The notes under the pieces are model-generated. The model was not told where the DNA came from and did no database searches. It was given only the letters and a program-made list of their open reading frames with translations. From the NCBI GenBank assembly GCA_965645245.1, contig OZ287072.1:2542001-2606000 (forward strand): a DNA stretch of 64,000 nt, read 5' to 3'. Made by a program: the position numbers and the translations under genes. Below are positions 12,732 to 24,000 of this stretch, in pieces (position 1 is the stretch's first letter; the number at the start of each line of letters is the position of its first letter). The stretch comes from Massalongia carnosa. Lineage: Eukaryota.

Positions 12732-15700
12732 TTGGTTAATCAATACATAGTCATGGCCTCTACTTCAAACCCCCCAGTTGAGGTTTATAGGCAGGAACAA
12801 TACTGGCAGCATGAAGAACTTGATGAGACTGAGACTTCAATCCCTCCGCGTGATACGAATGAGCGAGTCAGGAGCTGGGAGACAGGAGACACACTTTCTG
12901 CCGGCCATTATCCTTACTCCATCGACGACAAGATCGTGTGAAAACCTGTCACATTGAAAGTACCCTGTCTAGCCTCTACGGCAGTTTTCTTACTAGTTTG
13001 GATTGGCATCCTTGAGTTTCTTTCTCAGATGTGCCTTCGAAATGACGGCATTGTTTTTGCCGCGTCACTGGATGCTTTTTCGAAAGCTGCTACCTTCTCA
13101 TCAACTTATCTTCCAACTATTGTTGCTATAATATTGAGCGTCATGTGGAGTTGGGTGGATTTGGATACCAAGAGGCTAGAGCCATATTTTCAGATGTCTA
13201 AACCAGGAGGAGCGTCGGCTGCTGATTCCATTCTATTGCACTATCCATTTGACTTCGTGGCCGTTGCCCCTGTGAAAGCCTTCAAGCAACGGTATTACAT
13301 CATAACCCTTCGCCGTCTGCCTCTGCTAATGCTTGCCTAAAGCCATTGGTCTGTCTTCTGCTCGGGTATGGTCACGACCATCATATTCTGGGGCATATCT
13401 CCTTTGCAGGGTGCCGTTTTCAATACGAGAATGGTGGAAAAGAAAAGTTCAGGATTGGGACATCTATACGGAGGACTCTCGTCTATCACAGAGCATGCTT
13501 TGGGATTAAATCTAAGCTTTATACCGAAAGCTTATGATTTTGTATGGATCAATCAAAGTCTCCCTCCATTACAACTTCGGATGCCGCCTAAATATCTTTC
13601 TTGATAGACGAGAATTTCGACAGTAGTTCTCCCAACAGCGGCTCTCCGAACAGGACTCTTATCGCGAGGACGTCCATGCTCAGTACAAGTATACAATGTT
13701 TGCCAGCCAGGGATTACAACACTAGCTCGCTTGAATTCGATACCATTAAACTTTCCAGCTCTTCGATGATCTACAATGTGGACGGTCAGTTTGGACGCAG
13801 TGGTAAAATGACGGTTTTCCCTACTTCTTGTTAGGATGATGAATATTGCTTTTGGTACGTTGGATATCAAGACGATATAGAAAATTCTTCATCAAGCATG
13901 AGCTGCCCGGTAAATTCATCGGGCTTGTATCTTGCTTTTATTGGATCTCCATTCGGAGAACACATTACAGCCGAATTTTGCCAAGCTAGCTATTGGATTC
14001 AAGATGTTATTCTCACAGTTGCAGAACATGACATGGCTGTTGTTTCCTCAACGCTACTCGCTTCACCAGTGAAGCTTAGCTATGATGACTTCAATCCGAC
14101 TAGCTTTCAATCTATACTATGGATAGGCAAACCAGATATCTCGACAAAATTTCCACCGAAGGTCGATCTCAGGGATGAAATACGTCATCTGGACATGAAC
14201 TGGAGACTTCACACTTTGAACATTAATCTTCAGGGCTCCTTTACGGCTGGTTTTGCTTGAATCAACGACCGATAATTTCCAAAGACTAAAAATTTCATTA
14301 GTAATCATTCAGAATTCGAACGGCGTTTGTTTTTCTTTGCAGTGTAGTCGGTGTGGGAAAGTATCAGAGCGACTCTCCTATCATCGAACCGATCAGTCAT
14401 GTCGATCGTCATTCCGGATCGTTTTCAATGAGATTTTCTCCCGCCCATTTTATCTTGGACCAATCACTGGCTTCATTTTTGTGATACTTCTTTTGGGAAT
14501 GATAGTTGCATTAATGACGCTGAAAATCTTAATCAAGTATCAAAATGGCCTTCCATACCTTATAAGAACGAGGTTGCTGTACAGGTTGTCCTTAGCTATG
14601 TTCCGGTGATATTCTCGACTTTTTTGGAACCGTATTGGATGCTTTTGAATCGGATGTTATGTCTTCTTCAGCCATTTGAAGAATTGAAAAGTTGTCGAGC
14701 CAAAGCCAAGCATTCCCTGGATTTACGTTACTCATCGCTACCTCCATCACTAGCTCTCTGGCGCGCTTTACGGGCAAAGCATCATTTATTGGCAGCAGTC
14801 TGTTCAATTTCACCCTTAGCTAATGTATTGACAGTTGGTCTGGGAGCACTTCTGAACCCAGACGCTGCATTTTCCGAGACTGATATGACTCTTAAAGCCA
14901 AAAGCAAGCCAGTCTTCAACTCAACCGCACTGGTAATAGCGTCGAGGGATACTAGCTTCCAAGATTTCTTCTATGTAACTGCAAATAACCTATCGGCGAA
15001 TACGAGTCTCCCTCCATGGACTTCCAAAGAGACGTACTTCCTACCAGCGGTCTTGGATATCAGTTATCCGGCCGAAGTCACTCTAAACACTTATGGGTTC
15101 CATGTTGGTCTCTCTTGTAATGAAGTTGCTGTCAATAAAGATATTCACCGAAGCCGAACTTTCTCATTCAATATAACCGTCATCAAACCAGACGGACGAA
15201 ACGTTGAATGCTACCTTAATCATTATGATTACGAAGAATCACAAATTGATCTATTCGGGCTTGAAGGATATGAGGATCTTACCCCAATTTTTGCGTATAA
15301 TGCAGATGCATCTGCTGATGACGCTGCTACATGTTACTCAACCTTGTCTGTCGTGTATCAGCGTGGGCTTGGAAAATCTTCCTCTAATGTTTCAGCTATC
15401 TTCACTACAACATCGAGTTTATGCCTTGTTTGTCAGCCTACTCTCGAGATTTCGAATTATTCCGTGCAGCTGTCACAGTCAGGCCATGTCATATCGTCAG
15501 TCCGCCAAAATCAACCATCAAATAACTTATCCGAGTACTTAGCTATACCGCAAAACGTCTCCGGTTTTTATCTTAATCCCAATTGGCTAATATCGCAGAA
15601 CTTCAGAGCTAATCAAGATGATTTGATGGAATATGCTCCTTTGCACAACGATTCATTTGCATCTCGATGGTTCCCGTATCTCGTATGCGTGATCTTGAGA

Positions 15701-16160
15701 TCCAGGGATACAGTCAATACTTCATTACCTGCACCATCCGCTTCTACAGTTATACCGGCAGTGTCTGCGTTGTATAGCCAGCTATCAGCTGCGATCATTT
15801 CATTGAATAGCGAGCTTTTTTCCCCCTTTCCAGCCTCCGAGGGCGTAACCATCTCCGCCACTATAAGAACCTCAGAAACGCGCGTTTTCATGTCCGATGT
15901 CATGTTCTACGTATGTAGCATCGTTCTAATCCTCGACGTGCTCGTTGCCATTGCGTACTACTGGTACCGGCCGCAGCAAATTCTGCCGTACATGCCGACG
16001 ACTATAGCCAGCCTAATATGCACATTCGAAGGCAGCAGTCTCGCAGCTGCAGGCGGAATATGGGATGCCTCATGGCTTTTTGGATTCGGCAAATTCACCG
16101 GTATGGACGGTAAGCTGAGAGTGGGCATCGAGAGGTAGCCATTTGTGCAGCCGTTACCTA
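12732..16160 (+). pseudogene. DUF3433-type multi-pass membrane protein pseudogene
   Basis: Two DUF3433-like repeats (YLPTIVAIILSVMWSWVDLDTKRLEPYFQMSKPGGASA..; FLEPYWMLLNRMLCLLQPFEEL..LDLRYSSLPP) broken into many ORFs by stops, frameshifts and an apparent internal deletion. Confidence 0.75.
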
Positions 16161-16459
16161 AGTGCCTCCAGCCAAGGGACGAGGATAAGGGTGTGAAGAA
16201 AGTGAAGAACATGAAGAATGTTAAAACGAGTTCTTCAACTCCTGATCATCAAGAACACGGCGTTAAAGTTCAAAAAAATGAAGATTTACGATACTCGAAC
16301 AGACTTCTTCCCCCCCCCCAAAAAAACAGAGCAATGTTAAAAGGCTTAAACAAAGTCAATTTTCGAAATCTCGAAACCTCATTTATTTATGTGAAAGACT
16401 ATTTAAAAAAAAATTGAAAAAAAAAGATTTAAACTTCATATTTAAAACCACAATTTCAC

Positions 16460-18163
16460 CATCGGTCCTCCTCCTTCTACACCATCGGTCCTCACCGTGG
16501 GGCGACCGTCAAACATATAGATTTGCTCCTATCTCTTCGCATCAAAACAATGCTAATTTAACGCGTTCACACGCGTCGCAGACGTACGTACGGAAGAGGA
16601 TACGAAGGCCAACCGCCGGGGGGTCGAATGCTCGCGTCCCTGCACCATACTTCTAAGGGTTCAAGTCCCTTCATGCAGTCATCAGCTGGAAGAAGATGTG
16701 GACCAAAGGAGCCGCATCATCCCCCACCCGGACACAGTCGACACGCGCTCTAGCTCCTGAGAGTTCAAGTCTCCCCATGCAGTCATCAGCTGGGATCAAC
16801 AGAACGCGTAAAGGCACCGGGGCGAATGCTGTCACCTCAAGAAAACTCCATCTCGGAGCAGAATAACAATATCCCATTTAACAGGCCTGGCCTGTTAAAC
16901 AAAATCGAGGAAAACACAGAGTCACAAAACACATAGTCATCAATCACACGTTGTACAAAGCACACAATCACAGCACACAGTCACAAACACACAGTCACAA
17001 AACACACAGTCACAAAACACACAGTCACAAATCAATAACACGTCCCTGTGAAGGAGGTTCTGCGGGGGCTCGTTAAGGCAGATCTGCACCCCGTTAATAT
17101 CGGAGTACATATTTTAAGAGGTTCAAGTCCTTTCTAGCAGTCATCAGCTGAAAATAATGCATTTTGACACGGGCATGGTGTGGATTTGACACGGGCAGAC
17201 CTCGATGGATCACAAAACGAATGAAAAGAGTTCAGCGGAACTTCGTTAATATTGTTCTCGAAGATCTCGTTAATAAGATTTTCATAGACCTCGTTAACAA
17301 CGTTCGATCATACTCTTAAAGGTTCAAGTCCTTTCATGCAGTCATCGGCTGAAAGCTAGAGACGTACGACACGGGTCAGCTATGTCTATCACACGGGTCT
17401 CCTTCGTCTACAACACGGAGCCCTCCGGCTGAAAGAAATAAAACATATAGACACATAGTGTAGGGTCACACCCTACACGATACAAGGGATTTGGGTTATG
17501 AAAACCATCCGATTGATGGCTACCGTGAGCAACACGGCCCGAACCGGAGTCGTACCGGGGATGGTAGAGGCAACCTAGTCATCAAATAGGACACCCTTGG
17601 GACAAGAAGAGGGCAATATACGAGGAACCCGTTAATTGATAACAGTCTAGGCCCTGAGCTAATAGACGAATTTCAAACGAGCACTCCTCCGAGTTGTCCT
17701 CGACTCGTTTTGGTTAGTAGAGACGGGAAATCGATACTATACTGCCTGGTCAGGAGCATAGTGGTCGAAATCCCTGCGAGACATGGTCGGTTCATAAACG
17801 GGAGACCTTTATGAATAACGCGAAGTGGGCATAAAAAACCCGTGAGGCGTGGTATGCAATGGCGGCCACCGTACGGAGACCGTCTGCATAGCCCGAGAGG
17901 ACAGTATGCGCATGTCGGTTTATATAGAGCAGGGAATGTCTATCTCGCTCGTAACGAGACCCCGTCGGTTCGCCAGCGCATGGGCTACGGCTAGACTCGC
18001 CCTTGATATATGCTTAAGGAGTAAACTGGGTTTGACCTGGGCGAAAGGGACGTCGTTCACCCCAATCGTAGAATTCATCAATAGTCTTGGGCCGTAAAAC
18101 GCACCAGTGAGATGAACGAAAACTGGGATAGAGGCTTCACGAAGGAGATGTCAACTCTATTTT
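16460..18163 (+). ncRNA. Retrocopy of a putative large structured non-coding RNA (identity unknown, possibly Pol III)
   Basis: No credible ORF; four GTTCAAGTC B-box/T-arm modules; many hairpins with GNRA/UNCG loops and nested long-range helices; ends in hairpin + TTTT at the LINE junction; no T5 run on + strand. Confidence 0.6.
16910..17031. repeat. ~15-bp C/A-rich tandem repeat (CACACAGTCACAAAA)n
   Basis: Four near-perfect and several degenerate copies. Confidence 0.85.
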
Positions 18164-18170
18164 ATCATTC

Positions 18171-21100
18171 TTAGAAAAGGCAAAGAGAACAAACTTTCGT
18201 CAAGAAATCAATAAGGCCACCGAAACGCCTCAGGGCGAGATGCTTAGGGGCAGTCCCCCCCCGACCGTCCCCCTGTGTAAATCTTTGCTAGTAAACAGCC
18301 ATTTCACTGCTCATCCAGGGTGCGTACAAGCTAGTAATGCAACTGCCAACAGCACATTAAACTCTTTTCGGTTTAAATCGTATGACGTATTTATTGCTAC
18401 TAATAATTACCCTACTCGGTCTGATAAAGCATACCCTCACCCTCACCCTCACCCTCATCCTCACCCTCACTTACCATTTGCCCTTGCCCTAACCCTTTGC
18501 CCTCTCTAAATCTCTCCTTCCACTTATGCTATACCTCATATTATATATTTTACTACTTCTCATCGCGATGAAGTTCGATTCCACTTCTTTGGATGCACGA
18601 AAGCAACATGCCATTGCCCTTCTGTCCTCACCTCACCTTCTTCCTCCGCAAGAGAATGAGTTATTTGCGTCTTGGAAGGAGGCAAAGACTCGTCTTCAAG
18701 ACTATGCCTTCATTCAAGGCTTCGCGTTGATCACAGAAACTCACGATAAGAAAAACCATTTAGTCGTATTAGACTACACACGCCACCACAAAAGAGTTAG
18801 AAACACTAGAAAAGTAAGGGAGGAAGACCGGATGCGAGCCAATACCAAAGTTTCGTTCAATGAGTGCCCTTATCGCCTCCGTCTCAAAAAAAAAACAAAG
18901 ACAATGCATGGAGACTAATAGTTACTAACTCCGAGCACAATCATGAAATGGTCACTGATCCCTTTGCATTCAGAGAACACCATAGTAGGGACCCTGATCG
19001 AACAGATGCCCTAGATCAAGGGAAGAGTCTCCGTGCATCGTCAACCCAATATGGCCAAGCAGCGAGAATATTAGGAACCCAAGGACTCCGTCTGTCGAGG
19101 AGCGATTATTATAATCTCGCTCATTCGGAGGGAGCTCACACGCCTGAAGAAGAGCTTCTTTTTGCCTTGGGCTCGTTGAAAGACAGGGGCTTTCATGTAC
19201 GGTGTAAGGAAAAATATATTGTTAAGAATAATGTGCGTGAGAGACGGGTGATAGAACAAATTTTTTTTTGCAATGCGGAGCAAATTAGGCTGGGTCGACG
19301 TTTCGTGGTGGTTTTCTATTAGAAACCGATGCAACGTTCAATACTAATAAATTGAACTTGCCTTTATCCGTTTTGGTTGGAATCACTAACACCGACCTTT
19401 CGTTTCCCGTCGCTTATTGCTACATAACTTAATCCTACCTCAGGCAGCGCCGCCTCCATCTCTTTATAGTCTTAGCCAAAACGTGCGCGTCAGTCAAATT
19501 CTCTCTACTTCCTCTGCAACAACGCGAAGGTCTCGGGGTGTGGCGAAGAAATCAAAGGCTCGGTTGGAGTTGAGATCTCAGCAAAAAGTCGAGAAATCAG
19601 TCAAACAGGCTAGGGCTCAAGCGGGAAAGGAAACGGCGATGAGAAAGGTGGTTAAAACTAGAAAAGATGATGTATCGCAATTGGCTGACGAGTTTTTGGA
19701 GTTGAAGTCATCGCAATAGGTAGATTTGTAGATGTTGAATACACTTAGTCAGTAACAGCAACATTATTAATACGTAGTTTAACTGCTAGCTTGTACGCAC
19801 CCTGGATGAGCAGTGAAATGGCTGTTTACTAGCAAAGATTTACACAGGGGGACGGTCGGGGGGGGACTGTCCCTAAGCATCTCGGCCTCAGGGACTATGG
19901 CGGCTAGCGAAATGGGCCAAAGACAAAAGTCATCAATCTAGAGAAGTATCCAAAATGCCGATGCTAAAATTCAATGACCAAGTAGCAGACACGTTTGACC
20001 AAAAAGCCGAAATGCTGAAAGGTGTCTTCTTTCCCGCACCACCACCGGCCGACCTAAGCGACATAGAAGGATCCTTCTATCCTACATCGCCGCACTGCCC
20101 AATAATCATCACCAAGTCAGAAGTATCGACGGCCCTGAGTCGGCTCAAGTCCGATAAGGCACCGGGCCCAGACGGCATATCTAACGGAATACTCAAAGCA
20201 TGCAGCGAAATAATTGTCGAACTACTAACACCTCTGTTTCAAGCGTGCGTCACACACTCGTACCACCCGCGGGCCTTCAAAATGGCAAACACCATAGCGC
20301 TGAAAAAATAGGCAAAGGAGACTATACCACGCCGAAAGCCTACCGACCAATTGCACTGCTCAACACGCTCAGTAAAGTTATGGAATCCATCATTGGATCG
20401 AAAATAACCTATCTAGCGGAAAAACACCGGCTCCTACCCGACACACAGATGGGAGCAAGGAAGGGCAGATCCACAGAGTCAGCACTGGAACTGCTAACTG
20501 AACAGGTTCGCACGATTTGGGGACAGGGAAAAGACAAAGTAGCCACACTGCTAAGCATGGACGTCGCCGGCGCGTTCGATACGGTATCTCATCAACGACT
20601 AACGCACAACCTACGGAAAAGAAAAATTCCAAAATGGATCACCGACTGGTTAAACAGCTTTCTGAGCGATCGAAGCACCACTTTAGCAATAAATCGAAAA
20701 GTCACCGGGCGGTTTGCGGTAAGAACGGGTATCCCGCAGGGCTCTCCCCTGTCATCAATTCTTTACCTATTTTACAATGCAGATCTATTGGAAATATGTG
20801 ATCGACCAGGCAAAAATACAAGTGCCATAGGATTCGTAGACGACGCAAACATTTTGGCATATGGAAAAAGCACCGAGGAAAACTGCAAAACTCTAGAGGC
20901 AATACACAGACAATGTGAGACGTGGGCTTCCCGGCACGGGTCCGTATTCGCTCCGACGAAGTACGAACTCATACACTTGTCCAGAAATCCCAAAAGATTC
21001 AACATGACTGCATCCATCAATATTGCTAGCACCGAAATTGAACCTAAAACGGACATCAGAGTATTGGGCCTACAAATCGACACCAAATTGAAATGGGGAC

Positions 21101-22388
21101 CGCACGTTCGCAAAACGCAAGAGAAAATGGTCAAAAAATCCATGGCATTGACAAAAATTTCCACATCAACCTGGGGTGCCACCTTCGCCAAGGCAAGGCA
21201 GGTGTACAGTGCCGTGGTGCGTCCGGCCATGACATATGGGTCAACCGTATGGCACATGCCCAAAGAAGTCAAAAAGTCAAAAACGTCAACGAGCAAGCTC
21301 TCCGTCATGCAAAACAATTGCCTTCGCACCATTGCCTTCGCACCATAGCCGGTGCCTTTAAAGCCACTCCCATCTCAGTACTAGAAGCAGAGACATTCAT
21401 AACGCCCATAGACACGCATCTCGACATGCTACATGCACAGGCAAGGCACCGGCTCCGAGCCGGAGGCCAATTGAAGATCATATCCTCCGCATGCAACAAA
21501 ATAGCTGACAAACTTCGAGGCAAGGCAGGTCGCAAACGACTTCAAAAGCCCACCCCGGGAGAGCTGAAACACATCTGGGCCAAAAGCCTACTGATCGACT
21601 CAAAAATAGTTCAACCATCAAAGGCACACCCACCATGGTTCGAAGTCTACCCGGCGTGGCACCGTGAAGCTACCGTTGCGGCAACGGCCCGACACAAGCA
21701 GATGCAAACAATCAAAACACGACAAATGAAGGTCTGGAACGACTCGTGGTGCGCATATCAAAATCGCGCGTCATCGAACCCTCCATAGCACAATCAGTCC
21801 CACTGAGCAAAAAACGGCTGATAATACACACCAGCTAAAAAAGGCAGAAATCGCTCTAACAACACAAATCCGCACTGGCAAGATCGGGTTAGCTGACTTC
21901 CTCTACAAGCGACGGGTGCCCTCCGTCACCTCACCGGCCTTCTCATGTGGCTGGCACAGACAAACTCCAGAACATGTAATCATGTTCTGCAGACTTATTG
22001 ACAATAGAGAACAGATGTTTCGCGCCGCCGGCACGAGCGACTATCAGCAGCTGACCAAATCATCAAAAACTCTGAAGATACTAATTGCTTGGCTAATGAA
22101 AACAGGCTTATTGAATCAATTCTCACTAGCATCAACATTATTGTAAAATCAACAATAGTTGAACCTTTCTTTCTTTCTTCTCTTTTCACAAGGCATTACA
22201 GTTCCCACACGTCTTTTGCACTACGTCTCCCGCCCGACGTCGACCCGTAGTCACATCGGACGGGTATCAAGGGACATGATTTTTACACCTGTGAAAGGTT
22301 TTCCATGTAACATAACTTAGATAGCTTTGCCCGCATGGGCCGGCCTACGGCCGGTGTCATATCGGAATATGAATACATCATCATCATC
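18171..22388 (+). mobile_element. Tad1-clade LINE copy 1, 5'-truncated ORF2 (RT + C-terminal CCHC) with frameshifts
   Basis: KAKRTNFRQE..PQG|LWRLAKWAK joins across the MULE; KAPGPDG, YRPIALLNTLSK, GIPQGSPLS, FVDD, CGWHRQTPEHVIMFC; 3' hairpin CCGGCCTACGGCCGG and (ATC)n tail. Confidence 0.95.
18236..19884 (+). mobile_element. Mutator (MULE) element 1, internally deleted, inserted into the LINE
   Basis: 99-bp TIRs (18236-18334, 19786-19884); 9-bp TSD GCCTCAGGG (18227-18235, 19885-19893); transposase relic with FAR1-like region (CPYRL..HNH), ETDATFNTNKLNLPL..FPVAYC, then a jump to the C-terminus. Confidence 0.95.
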
Positions 22389-22675
22389 AAAACCACAATT
22401 TCACTTTTCTGTAATTTGCTTGTAATTATTAACAGTTTTGACGAAGCTGGTGAGAAGAGTTTTCAAAATTTTGATGAGATGTTTACTTATTGGTGCTGGC
22501 GCAAAAGGTGGTTGGGATGCAAAAGAAGTTGAACACGAGTACGTGCTGTTCGATCAATCTTTCATGTCATGCAATGCAGCGCTTCTTAACAGCAGACATT
22601 AAGATCAATTGCGAGAAAAGTGTTAACAAGATCTTTTGCGACGAACACATCTATGGAAAACAGCGATTAACCGTG

Positions 22676-24000
22676 TTAGAGAGCCAGAAACATCTTTACA
22701 ATGTTTTTCTTGATGTCTTCCCACTCTGAGCAACATCGCTCAGCACCTTTGAAGTGCTTACTAGCAGAAAGACCCTCCTTCGCAATGCGGAACAAGCATC
22801 TCGCAAATCGATACTGCGCGTCGTATGCCATCTTCACCCATTTCAGTCCCGCTTCGTCTTCGAAGATGTGCTTGAGTTGCTGTTGCTCCGACGTCTTTGG
22901 CATATCGTTCGCGCCCGAACACTCATATGGCCAAGTGCCCAAGTGATTAGAGTCCACATACGTGATGGTCGTTTCTGTTGTCATCCCAGAGCCACCACGG
23001 CGGTTCGCAAGCCACGACGCTGGGGGCGAAGACGGCTTCATCCCAATCCAGGATGCCTGTGATGGACAGGGAGCCGCTGTTTGATACTTGAGCCATAATG
23101 TTGGGTTGGTGCATGTCGGGTGTAAACACACCAGCAGTATCGATTTGGCGTATGACTTTGAGCATCGAATCGAATAGTTCAACTATATGATCTGGTTTAC
23201 CTGAGTTGAAGTCTAGAGCGTCTTGTCGCTAACAGCTTAGATGGCTTTCGTAAAATGTGAGGATAGATTCATGAGGCTCTTGAGGACTGGTGCTTGCAGA
23301 CGAAGTGACTATAGATCTATCCAGTAACTGTCCATTGCGCCGTTCTTTGAGTTCCAATGGGAGTATCTTGAAAGGTTTACCGACCGGCGTTGTTTCGAGA
23401 AAACCAGATACCGAAGATTCGAGCGTCAGCATGGTTCTCTGTATGTGGCCGAATTCTTGGGCGAATGTGCATCGTTGCTGATGATTGAGGTCATTCCAAA
23501 TGACCTTCAGATCGAAGCCCGGGATATGATGTTGGATCACGGACGGCTACTCCAGCGGATTTTGGGTGGTGAAGTCTTTCGCAAATATGAGTGGAACTAG
23601 CAGCGATGTATGTTGACGCACATAGTCAAGGATCGCAATAGAACGATCTTGTCGGGTATCATTGTGGGGTCGAGGCGTGCGCAACATCAGCTCACGATTC
23701 CCAAGACCGGATGACACCGGCGCTGTTAATGGAGTGATGCGGTTATAGTCACCTCCCTTGACCCGGTTGATGACAGGCACATCGGGTGCAGGCACAAGAG
23801 AGTGCAAAAAGCGATTCGCGCGGAGAAATTTCGCTGCCTTACCGCTTAATAGGCTGTTCTTGCGAATAGCAGAAGTGGGCCAAAGTTGCTGGCATAAGAC
23901 GAGGACGCGATCCTGGAAGCTGGGCCAGGGTTCCTGTTCTTCATATATGATCGTCGACGACTCAGAGCCGCAATCGGACTTTACGTCCGAGGAGGCTCGA
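22676..24000 (-). pseudogene. APH/choline-kinase-like phosphotransferase pseudogene
   Basis: STIIYEEQEPWPSFQDRVLVLCQQLWP, GGDYNRI, LMLRTPR, DMHQPNIM, ITGILDWDEAVFAP..PPWWLW across several broken ORFs. Confidence 0.75.

Larger units (their letters stand above)
16460..22388 (+). mobile_element. Chimeric non-LTR retro-insertion: 1.7-kb non-coding segment fused to a 5'-truncated Tad1-like LINE, later interrupted by a MULE
   Basis: 16-bp TSD AAAACCACAATTTCAC at 16444-16459 and 22389-22404; (ATC)n tail just before the right TSD. Confidence 0.9.

Noticed and set aside
16655..17352. tRNA genes or minus-strand hammerhead ribozymes (CTGATGA)
   Set aside because: No D-arm, anticodon arm or acceptor stem around the T-arms; the minus-strand CUGAUGA lacks a correctly placed GAAA and stem III.
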